From the human T2T-CHM13v2.0 reference genome, Homo sapiens, in NCBI RefSeq assembly GCF_009914755.1, contig NC_060935.1: DNA of 64,000 nt; one strand, given 5' to 3'. Of the stretch, positions 1-12,049 are shown piece by piece. Both the position numbers and the translations under genes were made by a program. The notes beneath the pieces are model-generated. The model searched no databases and was not told the DNA's origin. It saw only the letters and a list, made by a program, of their open reading frames with translations. Each line of letters opens with the position of its first letter. The stretch's first letter is position 1.

Positions 1-1785
1 AGTGTTGCAGTAAACACATGCCACTTAAGGACATATTGATCATGAAGCAAGCAAAGATCTATCACAATGAACTGAAAAATGAAAGAACTATGAATATTCA
101 ATAGGCTGCTTGAATTTAAGAAAAACACAGCATTCAGTATTTAAAGATTTGTGGTGATAAAGCATCTGCTGATCATGAAGCAGCAGATAAATTTATTGAT
201 GAGTTTGCCAAGGTCATGCTGATGAAAATATGCCACCAGAACAAATCTATAATGCTGAGGAAACATCGCTATTTTGTCATAGAAGGAAGACTTGACGGCA
301 GCTGAAGAACTCCTACTGAATTAAGGATGCCAAGGACAGAATAACTGTTCTGGGATGTGCTAATGCAGTAGGCATGCCTAAGTGTAAACTTGCTGATAGG
401 TAAAAGCTTGTGTCCTTCCAATCTGGTAAGTGAATTTCTTACCAGTCCGTTATTACCCTAACAAAAAGGCACAAGCCACCCAGGGACATTTTTTCTAATT
501 GGTTTCAAAAACATTTTGTACCAGTGCCTTGTGCTCACTGCAAGGAAGCTGGACTGGATGATGATTGCAAGATTTTGTTATTTCCTGCCAACTGTTCTGC
601 TCATCCTCCAGCTGAAATTCTCATCAGAAGTAAAGTCTATGTCATGTACTTTCCCCCAAGTGTGACTTCATTAATTCAACTCTGTGACCAGGGTCCAGAT
701 CAATAAGGAGTAAATACAAAACACTTTCTCAAGGAGCATACTAGTAGCAGTATGAGGAGGGGTGGGTGCAGATTGCAAAAAGGAGTTTAGCATCAAAGAT
801 GTAACTGCATCCCAGAAGAATGCCTCCTCATCCCCAGAAGACTTATTTCCTGGTCTCTCAATTGCTTCTAATGTTTCTTCTCACCTAATATAAAATAAAA
901 TAAAATACAGCATATAGTATCATTTTAATCAAAACTCAGCATTGCAGGTGGAGACTGGAAGCCTGCTGCTGCTTATTGTTGCTGTTATTTAACAGCTGAT
1001 ACAGGTATTCTGGTGATGCTACTGTGCTGCTTCCTTACACTGAACTTTCACTATATTATGTCATATTTCTTACTGTTAAGTACTTATGTGTGAACACGTG
1101 TAAGAAAATGACTCCTTTTGATAGAATATAAATTCAGAGTTAGGAATGATGGTGATGCTAAGCAACCACAGATCATCCACATGGGTGGCTGAGATAGCAA
1201 CACCTTTGCTTTCATTTTTTTTAATTTTTAAAATTTTTTATTTTTATAGATTTAGGGGTTACAAGTGCTGTTTTCTTACATGTATATTTTGAGTAGTGGT
1301 GGAGTCTGGGCTTTTAGTATGACGATCAGCCAAATAGTGTGCATTGTAACCATTAGGTAATTTCTTATCCCTCACCCCTTTCCCGTGTGAGTCTCCAATG
1401 TCTATTATTTCACTCTCTAAGAAATATTGTACTGTAAGGTTTTGTTTTCCATGAATTTGTGGTGGAAACCCCCATTTCTCACTTTTGTCTGTAGATCAAA
1501 GTAACTGAATAATGAGAACATATTTAGTAAACTGACAGCTTTGCCTTCTGATGGTTCAATATATACAAACTTTGTTTTGTGCACAAAATTACTTAGAATA
1601 TTTTATAAAATTACCTTTGGGCTATGGGCATAAGGTATATATGAAACATAAATTAATTCCATGGTTTGACTTGGGTCCAATCCCCAAGATATATCATTAT
1701 GTATATGAAATATTCCAAATAAAAAAAAATCCCTAATCTGAAACACTTTTGTCTCAAGTATTTCAGATAAGGGATACTCAGTCTG
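1..1785 (+). mobile_element. Tigger4/Zombi-like TcMar-Tigger DNA transposon, degraded and internally deleted, interrupted at 1214-1538
   Basis: ORF 524-706 (KILLFPANCSAHPP...YFPPSVTSLIQLCDQG) matches the pogo/JRK DDE_1 motif. The 3' TIR-like end ...tttcagataagggatactcagtctg is followed by TA. Confidence 0.85.
1214..1419 (-). mobile_element. L1 3' end (L1PB/L1MA-type), 5'-truncated
   Basis: Poly-T-rich tail then atagatttaggggttacaagtgc...gtctccaatgtctattattt. Same 3' UTR type as 62091-62667. Confidence 0.8.
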
Positions 1786-1794
1786 TATTTGTAT

Positions 1795-2242
1795 GTGAGG
1801 AAATAATATTCCGCCTTGAAAAGGAAGGAAGTTCTGACATGAATGAACCTTGAAGACATTATGCTAAGTGAAATAAGCCAGTCACTAAAGGACAGATACT
1901 GTATGGTTTTACTTGTTTTTTTCTTTCTTTTTACAAAAAAAAATTTCTGTGCTTTAATGGAGGAAAATGTATTATTTTATTTATAGGTAGTACCTAGACT
2001 AGTTAAATTCCTAGACACAGAAAGTAGAAGGGTGATTCCCAGGGTCACAGGAGGAGAGAGGAATATAAAGTTGTTGTTTAATGGGTACAGAGTTTCGGTT
2101 TGGGAAAATAAAAAATGTTCTGAAGATGGATGGTGGTGATGGTTGTATAACAATGTAAACATATTTAAGGTCACTGAACTAAACACTTACAAATAGATAA
2201 AATGATATATTTTATGTTGTATATATTTTACTACATAAAAAT
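1795..2242 (+). mobile_element. L1MB-type 3' UTR
   Basis: gaaccttgaagacattatgctaagtgaaataagccagtcac...gtttaatgggtacagagtttc...attttatgttgtatatatttt. Confidence 0.8.
1915..1967 (-). pseudogene. Tiny polyadenylated retro-fragment (ATTAAA plus A-rich tail) inserted in L1MB
   Basis: Minus strand reads ttttcctccATTAAAgcacagaaatttttttttgt then an A-rich tail. Flanked by imperfect repeats tgtatggttttactt (1900-1914) and tgtattattttattt (1968-1982). Confidence 0.55.
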
Positions 2243-2280
2243 TATTGTGCTACTCCTTCCATACTATAGAGTTATTACAG

Positions 2281-2667
2281 TGTTTTAGTCAGTTCTGGAT
2301 GCTATAACAAAATACCTTAGACTGGGTAATTTATGAATAACAGAAATGTATTGTTCACATTCCTGGAGGCTGGGAAGTCCAAGATCAAAGCTCTGGCAGA
2401 TTCAGTGTCTGGTAAGGGCTCGCTCTCCAAAAATTGCACCTTTTATCGGCTTCCTCACACGGCTGAACACTGTGTCTTTACATGGTGGAAAGGAGGCGAG
2501 GCAGCTTCCTTCAACCTCTTTTATAAAGGCACCAATTCCATTCATGAGGGCACAACGCTCATTACTTAATCACTTCCCCCAAAGGCACCATCTCTTAATA
2601 CTATCATATTGGTTATTATTTTCCATAATATGAGTTCTATAGGGACATCAGCATTCAGACCATAGCA
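2281..2667 (-). mobile_element. MLT1A/MST-like ERVL-MaLR solo LTR
   Basis: tgttttagtc...gctataacaaaataccttagactgggtaattt...ggctgggaagtccaagatcaa...cattcagaccatagca. Confidence 0.85.
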
Positions 2668-3029
2668 CTGGGGAATGGCTGCCCAGCCAGCAACTACATT
2701 TCCCAGATGTCCCTGCATGCTGGTGGGCCATGTGAATAATTCTCCCCAAGGGAAACTGTGCAGAAGTAATATTATGTATCTTCTGCAAAAAGGCAGTTAA
2801 GAAGCGGATGTGCCTTCTCCAACCTCTTTTTCACCATTTGCTGGCTATTGTCAGAGAATGGTGAGACTGTAGATCAGGGAGAAATCATGAGACGGAAGAA
2901 GTCTGGGCCTCTGAGTCACCATGTCTTAGAAAATTTCACAGGACTTAAGAGGGTGAGAAATAGAATTTTATTGAAATGCACTATTGTTTAGGAGTTTATT
3001 GTTATAGTAATCCTTTCCCTAAATATACC
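2668..3029 (+). mobile_element. Old MLT1 (J/I-like) LTR
   Basis: actacatttcccag...ggccatgtgaataattct...gaagaagtctgggcctctgagtcacc...tttattgttatag. Confidence 0.65.
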
Positions 3030-5036
3030 AGTAGGGATTTGTACTCTGTCCCATGTAACCTGGGGAAATGAAAGGGCAGACCCAAAGGTTGAGCACTACT
3101 AGTGAAGACAAGGCCAAGAAACACTGCCATGAGAGACCCAGAATGAGTGTGAGAGTGCTAGAAAGCAATAAATACCGTGACAGACATGGAGGTTGAATGC
3201 TTTTACTCCAGTAAAAGGCAGTCTAATCCATTTGTGGTGTGACCAACCTTGAGCAGTGAAAATGAGACCAAAATAAAATTAACACGCAGAACTTGTGATC
3301 TGGGGAAAAAGCTAAGAATCAGCTTCCAAATTGCAGCAAGAAGATGATGGGAGGATCACACCAAGAAGGTCAGTCTCTAAAATTGCATCGTATAATCAAC
3401 CATTAGTGCTGCCATAAAAACAGCCTCTGAGTCTCTTTCAACTATACTTTTATGACTGTCTCTTACTTGGTTATATATTTAGCTTTATAAGAGGCCTGCT
3501 GTCTCAAAGTGCCTTGAGTTAGGCCACAGGGAGTTTGGGAACACAAAAGCGTTGGTTAATATTAACTTTCACATGATTATAAGTTGGAGTATGTGGTGCA
3601 ACTCTTACAGAACATTATGAATGATGACCCAGAAGCGAGGGACCAAGGGCGCTTTATTGACCTCAAACCTTCTGCCAATGGATGACATCATTATTCATTT
3701 ATTTGTGAGTCACATTTAGTAGGTATCTTTCTTCTGAAAGTGCTTGTGTTTTTAGCTTAAAATAACAAATAGAGCATTTAGATAAAGCAGAATCAGAGAC
3801 GGGAGTGCTTGTATTAAAAGTGAAAAATAAAACATGGCTGAGTGCTATGGTGTCCCCAAAAAGGTTCCAGGGCTGTCTTTCCTATTGCCTGTTTTCAGTG
3901 GTGCTTAGGCAGAAAGCAGACAAATTTTAAAAAATAAATAAATAAAATAAAACAAACAAACAAAAAACAGTATGCAGTCCCAGTCAAGGATGTAAGCCAG
4001 CAGAAGTTTCCAAATGTGGATGCTATGAAATAGATGATTCTTCAAGGATTCACCACCCCAGAACACAATGCACAAAGCAGTACGTCAGAGATAAAGGAGC
4101 CCACAGGATGAGAGTAAGTTTTCTCATTTCAGGGATATAGTGGAATAAGCAAAGATCCCATGTAAAACTAGGTTTGGATACCAGGTCAGACAAAAAGTTG
4201 AACCTGAAGCAAGTTTTAATCGACACCTCTGTTTAGTAATACTCTAGATGTGAAGGTACCCAGTAAAGTGGCAGGTGTTTACATAGGTGTCCAGATAGGT
4301 CACACTGAGATATGTGCTGTTGTAGACTCTCATGCCATTGATATGTATCCTCATCCTCTCATCCATCTGGGACACAGGAACCCCACTGTTAAAAACAGCT
4401 CGCACCCTGCTCATAAGAAAGTCTTGGGCATATAAAGACATATTTGAAGGATGGAGAGAATGTACTAAAAGAATCCAGCTTTCAGAGAGGACCTGCACTT
4501 CAGAATGGGGAATCCCCATAAGTGAGGGAGTCAGGCAGGAGCACCCTTCTTAACAATCACATCTGACAGGAAACAATGTTTCTAAACACAGCATGAAGCT
4601 GTTCTTGAACCTGCTTTGATCTTCACTTCTAGGGAGTACTCATGGACCCTGGGATACAGAAAGATGAAAGAACCCTGTCACTGAGTCACCAAGTGATTAC
4701 ATTAGGAGACCCCACCCATATACAATTCTCACAGGACATGAAAAGAAGACGTAGTTCCTCACCTATCAGAAAGAATGGCAAACACCTGACACCAAGCAGC
4801 AGGTGAGAAGGTAAGGGCACAAAAGATGCTACCTCAAGGAATGCGAGAGGTTGCCACTAGACCAAGGCCACCATATGAATGCCTGGATCCAAGGCAGCAG
4901 GCTCATGAGGGTGGTAATACATAAGGAATCCAGAGACAGATCCTGGCCAAGCTGTACCAACACAGAATCAACCCTGGAGGAGACTCACAGGTCATAGAGG
5001 AAAGTAAGAGTAAAGAAGTTCAAGAATGATCTAGGT

Positions 5037-6474
5037 CAGTGGTTCTCAACCTTTGAGGACTCAGGATTCCTTTACAATTTTAAAAATTATTGAGTACCCC
5101 AAAGAAAATTTATGTGGGTTACATCTATTGATATTTACTAAGTTATAAATAAAAACAAAATTGATAAACAGATTATTTATTCACTTAATAATAAAATCCA
5201 TTCCATATTATCCTTATGAAAAATAGCTACATTATCCAACCCAAAAAATAAAAATTGAAAAAAGTAATGTGTTTCACATTTTTGCAAATCTCTCTAATAT
5301 CTGACTTAAAAGAAGATATTTGGATTGTTACATTGATTTCAACATTCAATTTCTTCGGATATTTTGCTTTATTTGAAGGACATGAGGAAAAACTTTTACA
5401 GACATGTAACTGGAAAATGGAGAAGTATTTTAATAGTCTTTTCAGGGAACTATGAATAGTCTTCTTTGATACTACACCAAATTTCAACAAGTGTTGGTTC
5501 CTTACAGATTAATTGCTGTGGAATCTAGAAACATATCATTGTGCTTATCATACTCTGTTACATTAAAATCTATCGGTTTATCTCGCACATTTAATGAAAC
5601 TTTTACCCATGCATGATCTTCTATCATGTATCAATCATTTAGAAATTGTTGATTCATTGTTATGAATATTAACATATCATTATCTGCTATCAAAAAAACA
5701 CTTTTTAAATATTTCCATTGATCTTTTCAGAAATGTCTTTAAGTATGAGGAAGCAGCCAAGCTCACAGTGGCAGATGCAAGTTTTAATTTTCACTTATAA
5801 GACAAAATTTTCTTATTGGCAACAAACAAAGGAAAATTGTCAGTTGTTTTCCCTAAAGGGAAAGTCTTACTTTGTTCATTTTTGAGGAAATATCTGCCAA
5901 ATACCCAAGTTTAAACAACGATAATTTTTCTGGCAGTCATACTTCCAAGAAAAAAATGCTGTTCCACAAAAAAAAAAAAGACAGAGAGAGAGAGAGAAAA
6001 AAACGTCTATCCTGGTTTAGCTCACAACGCAAACAACTGCATAAGTGCTTTTCCCTAAGACAAGAATTGTACTTCAATGTGCAGCAGAGTACTTTACACA
6101 CATTTCTTATGTCATCACCCAGAAGATGTAAATGATACATACTCAAGGTTCAAGGTTTAATAAAATTAATATCTCTTACTGCTTCATTGAGGGAATTTTT
6201 CAATAAAACTGATTTTTTTTACTGTGTGCGGCAGTGAAAAATACAATGTTCCTGTAAAAATTGGTGTTTCAGGCTTGATTCATGCTAAGGCGCCAGCGCT
6301 TTTATCCACCATTGATTTTGTGCCATCAGTACAAATGTCAACATAGTGAAAATGAAATCTAGTGCTTCCATGTTATTATGAAAATTTTTTGTTTTCATAT
6401 TATTATGAAAATAAATTACGGACTCCCTGAAAGGACTTTGTTGAAGTCTGTAGAACACACTTTGAGAACTACTG
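5037..6474 (-). mobile_element. Charlie1a-like hAT DNA transposon, about full length
   Basis: TIRs cagtggttctcaa and ttgagaactactg. 8-bp TSD atctaggt (5029-5036) / atctaagt (6475-6482). Length ~1.44 kb. Confidence 0.85.
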
Positions 6475-6482
6475 ATCTAAGT

Positions 6483-6656
6483 CATTGGTTCTCAAACTTG
6501 GCTGCCTATTAGAGTCACCTGAGATGTTTTAAATATTGATGCTCAGGCCACATCTTTGACCAATGAAATCAAAATCTCTGGGTATAGGGTCCTGGCATCA
6601 GTATGTTTTAAGCTGTTTTGGTGATATCAGCATACATCCAAGTTTAAAAACCAGTG
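6483..6656. mobile_element. MER5A-family hAT-Charlie MITE
   Basis: cattggttctcaaacttggctgcctattagagtcacctg...aaaaaccagtg, with TSD atctaagt / atgtaagt. Confidence 0.8.
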
Positions 6657-6899
6657 ATGTAAGTCCGCTGTCATTCACATTCCTATGGTATACTAAATGA
6701 TAGAGGTATGACAGCTCTGAGACCCCAGGAAGCACCAGCACTTTCAGTTCAGTTCAGTTCACCACCATAGGGTGGCATCTATGCAGAATCCTGGAGGATA
6801 ATTTTTGTCATGCCTGGATTCCCAGTCGTTGGCCCATTTATCACCAATGTTGCTAAATATACAGTAGCATGTGTTATGGAAGAATGCATAAAGCACTGG

Positions 6900-7385
6900 T
6901 CAAGGATTCAAGCCAAGTACTCTAAAGCTAACTCTAATATTTATTAGCTTTGTGGTTTGGCCAAAATACTTAGCTTCTTTGCTTCCTTATCCTAAAAATG
7001 GTGATGATAATAACAACATCTATTCTCAGTGGGTGGTTAGGAGGATTAAATGAGCAAATATATGGAAACTCTTAGAACAGTTCTTGGCACATTGGAAGCA
7101 CTAAATGTTAGCCATTAATACTATCCACTGAAATGCAACTTTCAATGATATATCAAAAGTACCTATCAGACAATAAACATTTCTTGAATAAATGAATGTA
7201 AAAAATACCACAATTAGAGCAAAGGAGTTATGTCATGAAGTCTGGCTTTATCACTTACTGTATTAGCTTGGTAAGTTATGTAAACTTTCTGAGTTTCAGC
7301 CTTATCCATAAAATGTAGATTGTGGATTCAATGGTATATGGATATAAATTGCTACATAGTAGGTGATCAATCAATTATAACTTTT
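6900..7385 (+). mobile_element. Two MIR SINE fragments
   Basis: aaaatggtgatgataataac...gaggattaaatgag...cttagaacagttcttggcac. A second core lies at ~7240-7385. Confidence 0.7.
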
Positions 7386-8029
7386 AACATTTTTTAATCA
7401 TCTAATGTAAATCACGATTCTCTTCGAGTCTTGAATTCAAAACTCTAAAGTGGGAATGATAGTTTCCATTAAACTTATTTCAAATTTCAAATGATGAATA
7501 TGTAAATCAAGCCAAGTGTGTAATATATGTGCTACAGAAACAGGAGGAAATATGTGCTATATGTGTTGAGTGTTCTTGTAGAACTTTCTCTCCCACTGGT
7601 CCACCACAAGGCCTAACATTCTCACCATTTAAAACACTGTTCTATCCTAAAGCAATTTGTCTCCAGAAGGTCCTCGTTAAAATGTACATGGAAAGGATAA
7701 TGTATAAATCTTAGCTTTTAATTACCACAATGCTCAAGCTAATTAATGATGATCTAATACATTTAGATTTTAGAAATTCTGTAGTATTTCCTAGTTGAAT
7801 GACTAGAAATGACAAATTATAGTTTAAAAGGGGAGGAGAAAGAGGAGAAGTGGAGAAGAAGAGGAAGAAACATGCTAACATTCTATTTCCCTCTTGTCTC
7901 CAAGACAATTAATAATTGCTCCAAGTAAAATGCAGCAAGTATAATTGTTCCATTTTATTTGGAACAATTATTATTATTAATTATTATTATCATGCTATAT
8001 TATTACTATTATTTTACACTATTATTGCT

Positions 8030-8150
8030 ACCATTTTAATAATAAGGAAATGAAAGTTTTGAGGCATTAATGTGATTCGTCCAACATATGCAGATAATAA
8101 GTGACAAGACTGGGATTCAAATCAGATCTGATTCCAAAGACACGGTATTA
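8030..8150 (-). mobile_element. MIR fragment
   Basis: ccattttaataataaggaaatgaa...ctgggattcaaatcagatctgattccaaag. Confidence 0.6.
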
Positions 8151-8521
8151 CAGGCCACATACAGTCTATGATAAAGTAAACTTGGAAGGGAACAGGAGGC
8201 AAAGTGAGGTCAGGGAAGGCACAGGATCCCCTAACCACAGAACTGAAGAGATTGAGGAAGATAAGAACAGAATGATGTGGGACTTGCAAAGTGCTTTGAC
8301 AAGAAAGATCTAACAATAGCATTGAAGATCTGCTTTAAAATAACCCAAAAAAGGATGAAACAATCAAGTACACTTGCTATGGTTGTTGCAGATTTTAGAA
8401 GATAATTTGGCTCCGAATTGTCTATACAATTTCATCTTCCACTCCTGCATGCTGCCAGCCCACCAAATCAGACCTTCCTTTACTACTCATATTGCCCTCT
8501 GTCTGAATGCTCTCCTTTCTC

Positions 8522-8950
8522 TATTTTTTTTATTAAATTTTTTTATTTCCATAGGTTTTGGAAGAACAGGTGGGATCTGGTTACCTGAGTAAGTTCTTTG
8601 GTGATGATTTGTGAGATTTTGGTACACCCATCACCAGAGCAGTATACACTACACCCAATTTGTAGTTTTTTATCCCTCACCCCCTTCCCACACTTTCCCC
8701 CACAGAGTCCCCAAAGTCCATTGTATCATTTATGCCTTTGCATCCCCATAGCTTAGCTCCACTTATGAATGAGAATGTAGAATGTTTGGTTTTCCATTTC
8801 TGAGTTCCTTCACTTGGAATAATAGTCTCCAGTCCCATCCAGGCTACCGCAAATTCCATTAACTCATTCCTTTTTACGGCTGAGTAGTATTCCATCACAT
8901 ATATATACCACAGTTTCTTTATCTACTCTTTGATTGATGGGCATTTGGGT
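8522..8950 (-). mobile_element. L1PB-type 3' end
   Basis: T-rich tail, gagattttggtacacccatcacc, tttttacggctgagtagtattccat. ORF 8677-8898 (MEYYSAVKRNELM) is the ORF2 C-terminus. Confidence 0.85.
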
Positions 8951-9369
8951 CCCTAGTTCTATCCATTGTCTACAATTTCTCTCAAAGTCCAGGTCACGTC
9001 CTCTCTCCTTTGTTAAATTTACATATATTTTCCTCTTTTTTCAACTCATGTTGGTTCTAAGTCAGGTAAGATATATTTTGGTGTTTATTTATATACTAAA
9101 TTGTCTCATATTTTTCATTGATTGTTTTTGACTCTCTAAACTGAAAATCTACAGGGCACAGACTCTCTTGACTAGTTTTCAAAATGCAAACAGCCTTATT
9201 GTGCAGTTTGTAGTAAAATTTATACATGAAGTAGAAAGAAATATATTCATACGAAGTCCCATCAACTAGACACGTAACTATACGAATGTTTGATCAATAA
9301 GCTTGAAGACAATCCATTCTTAACACACACATCCCTACATAAAATATTAAATAAATTTGTTCACCTATT

Positions 9370-9650
9370 AACAGCTTTTTAAACCTTTTTTTATTTAATA
9401 ATTCTTTATGTCTATCTTTTCATATGGATAAATCTAGAATTATATCATTATTTATAATGCCTATGAAGTTTGCAGTTGTATGGATATGCACATATTGATT
9501 TAGTCAATCTCCCATTGAGGGGCATTTAACTCGTGTCTAAATTTTGTTATTATAAACAAGCCTAAGACAAACAACTTGATACACGTGCCTCTTCATAGTT
9601 TTCTCATAATCTCCTTAGAATAAATTCCTAGAAGTATAATTATTTGATGA
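9370..9650 (-). mobile_element. Old L1ME fragment
   Basis: tttagtcaatctcccattgaggggcattt...taaattcctagaagt. Confidence 0.6.
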
Positions 9651-10212
9651 GATCGTTTCATTTTATTTCTATTCCCATATAATACTGTATACAGACCTAA
9701 GCACAACAAAATACAACCTAGAAAGCCTGGGGGTAAATTCAGCCTGACAGATAAAGTCTCTAACAGACAAACATGGGATACCAAACACAAATGTAGATAA
9801 ATTTCTCTGAAAAAAATCTATTGAGTGTAAGTCCCAACACCCTGTGTCTTCCCCCCAAAAATTTCTTTCTTTTTCATTCAAGGGAGAGTTTTCAATGTTA
9901 ATGAAAAAATGGAACTAGTTAACAATTTGCTGGTAAGGAAAAAGTGCTTGGAATGGGGCTCCTGTCAACTAAAACTGCTGACAGAAGTCACAGAAACCAG
10001 TAAGGGAAGATGATTTCTTTGCATTCTGATTTAGAGCCCAAATGCATTTTCCTCTAAAGTCCCAGGGATCGAATCAAATGTCAGTGTACAAAAATCTATT
10101 TAACCTAAAATGTACGTGACTGTGTTTATAATACAATGTCAATGATGTAGATTCAAATTCATTGCATTGTTTCTATCGAAATATACCCTGCATCACAACC
10201 ACCTACATTAAA

Positions 10213-10735
10213 GGAAAAACTTTGTTTTTTCTTTCTCTACTCTCAACACTCACCACAGAACACTTCTGTGACCAAATGTTGGGGGGGCGATTTCTCTAAT
10301 AATCAATTCTCTGACACCAACTGGGTGCCCTACAGTTCAATTCAATTCTGACATTAGCCACCTGGAGTTGTCTTCTGATCCCACAAGTCAAGGTCTCAGT
10401 CCCACAAACCTGTTCCTTCCTGCCTCCCACTTGCCAATTGCAAATCCAGGCCTCTGGTACCGGTACTTCTGACTGACCAGCTATAAATTGGGGATTCTCA
10501 CAATCCCCTCCTCTGGTTTGGTCATTTGCTAGAAGGGCTCCCAGAACTCAGGAAAACACTTGACATATGTTCATCTACTTATTGTAAAAGGATGCAAATC
10601 AGGAAAGCCAGATGGAAGAGATAAATAGGGCAAAGTATAGGGGAAAGGGACATGGTGCTTCCATGCTCTCTCTAGCAGTGCCACCTTCCCAGCACCTCCT
10701 CATGTTCAGCAACCTGAAAGCTCTCAAATGAACCT
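10213..10735. mobile_element. MER39/MER21/LTR29-like (MER4-group) LTR fragment
   Basis: gacaccaactgggtgccctacagttcaattcaattctgac...gctataaattgggg...agaactcaggaaaacactt. Confidence 0.7.
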
Positions 10736-11014
10736 TCCAATGATAAAATTCTATAATACTGTGAATCCTTAGCAGATTTCCTGGAGATAACTCCTCATTG
10801 AAGAATATTTACTCTGGGCTGGGACCCAATTAGACTATGTGAAAATAGATATTAAATGACTTGGGAGGAACTTTTTGTAACCTTAAAGGTAAAGTACATT
10901 TTTATGCTAATCATAATTACTAGAGTGTAGAAAGGAGGAATAACTCACCTATAATGAAATTGAATTTGAAACAGATTGTTTGTAAATATCTTCGAAAGTA
11001 AAACTTTTTGACAA

Positions 11015-12030
11015 GATTCCCACCATCAACCAAAATGGAGAAACAGGGACCAGGGAACAGATTTACTCTACCATATAAAATAGTTAAAAAAAAAACTGGA
11101 CAAAATATATGAAAATACAGTTTTCAAGATATTGAACATCAAGAAACAAAGAACAGCGATCTGTGAGACTCAGAAAACCAAGGAAGTGAGCCCTAAAATT
11201 TCATCAGCTTATTTCCTGGAAAGAATATCCCATGCAGTGGCACAGGGAGGAAGAAACTAAAAAGATTCCAGAAAGTTCTCTGCGTTAATAAGACAAAGCA
11301 GAAAAAAAAAAAAAAAAAAGACTAGACATTACAGTGCAGAGTACTAGGGAAGAGAGAACTTCAGAGAGAATGAAAGACAGAGCGTGCTCCTGAGATATGC
11401 AGCGAATCTTCCTGAATCTTCAGCTGGGTACTAATCAATATGTATGAAAAGAGACTACCCAAGGCTAGAGAATCACACCCAAAATGATTAGAGAGAACAA
11501 TCTCTGTAGACCACACAGGGCCAGAAATAGTTGCTGTTGTCACAAGCCAGAGTGGAAAATCTTATCAAGTAACAGGACGTTGAATAGAGTAAGCAAAGCT
11601 ATTTTGCTTCAGTAGTGGAGGAAAATTAACCCTATCTTAAGTATGCTCGGCCCCACCTTTAAAAGATTGAAAAAAAAAATCATTACCAGAAATGATTGAA
11701 CTGTTTCAAATAAAATTTAGCTACATCCTAGAACTACAACAAGAGTATATATAGGAACAAAAAGTGTTCCACACCTAACAGGTTAAATTCACAATGCTTA
11801 ATATCAAATCAAAAATTACTCAGTCATGAAAGAAAGCAGAAAAATAAAACTCACAATGAGAAGAAATATTAGTCTCAGTTAGAATCACAATGAGAAGAAA
11901 TATACCAATCCAGAAATGCCAACAGTGATAGAATTAGTATAAAAGAATAATAAAACACTTCAAAATGGTACTATGTATGTTCAGGAGGCTAGAAGAAAGA
12001 CTGAACATCTTAATTTGAAATTCAGAAACT
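11015..12030 (+). mobile_element. Old L1M (MC/MD-type) 5' region
   Basis: Homologous to 48720-49160 (caaaatatatgaaa...ccctaaaatt...actaatcaatatgtatgaaaagagactacccaaggct) and followed by A-rich ORF1-like sequence. Confidence 0.6.
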
Positions 12031-12049
12031 TAAAACCACAATGAGATAT

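Noticed and set aside
11851-11903. Direct repeat tcacaatgagaagaaatat with a short spacer (CRISPR-like look); similar atttctacaat pair at 60541-60574
   Set aside because: Only two units, inside transposon remnants in a eukaryotic genome; an ordinary local duplication.
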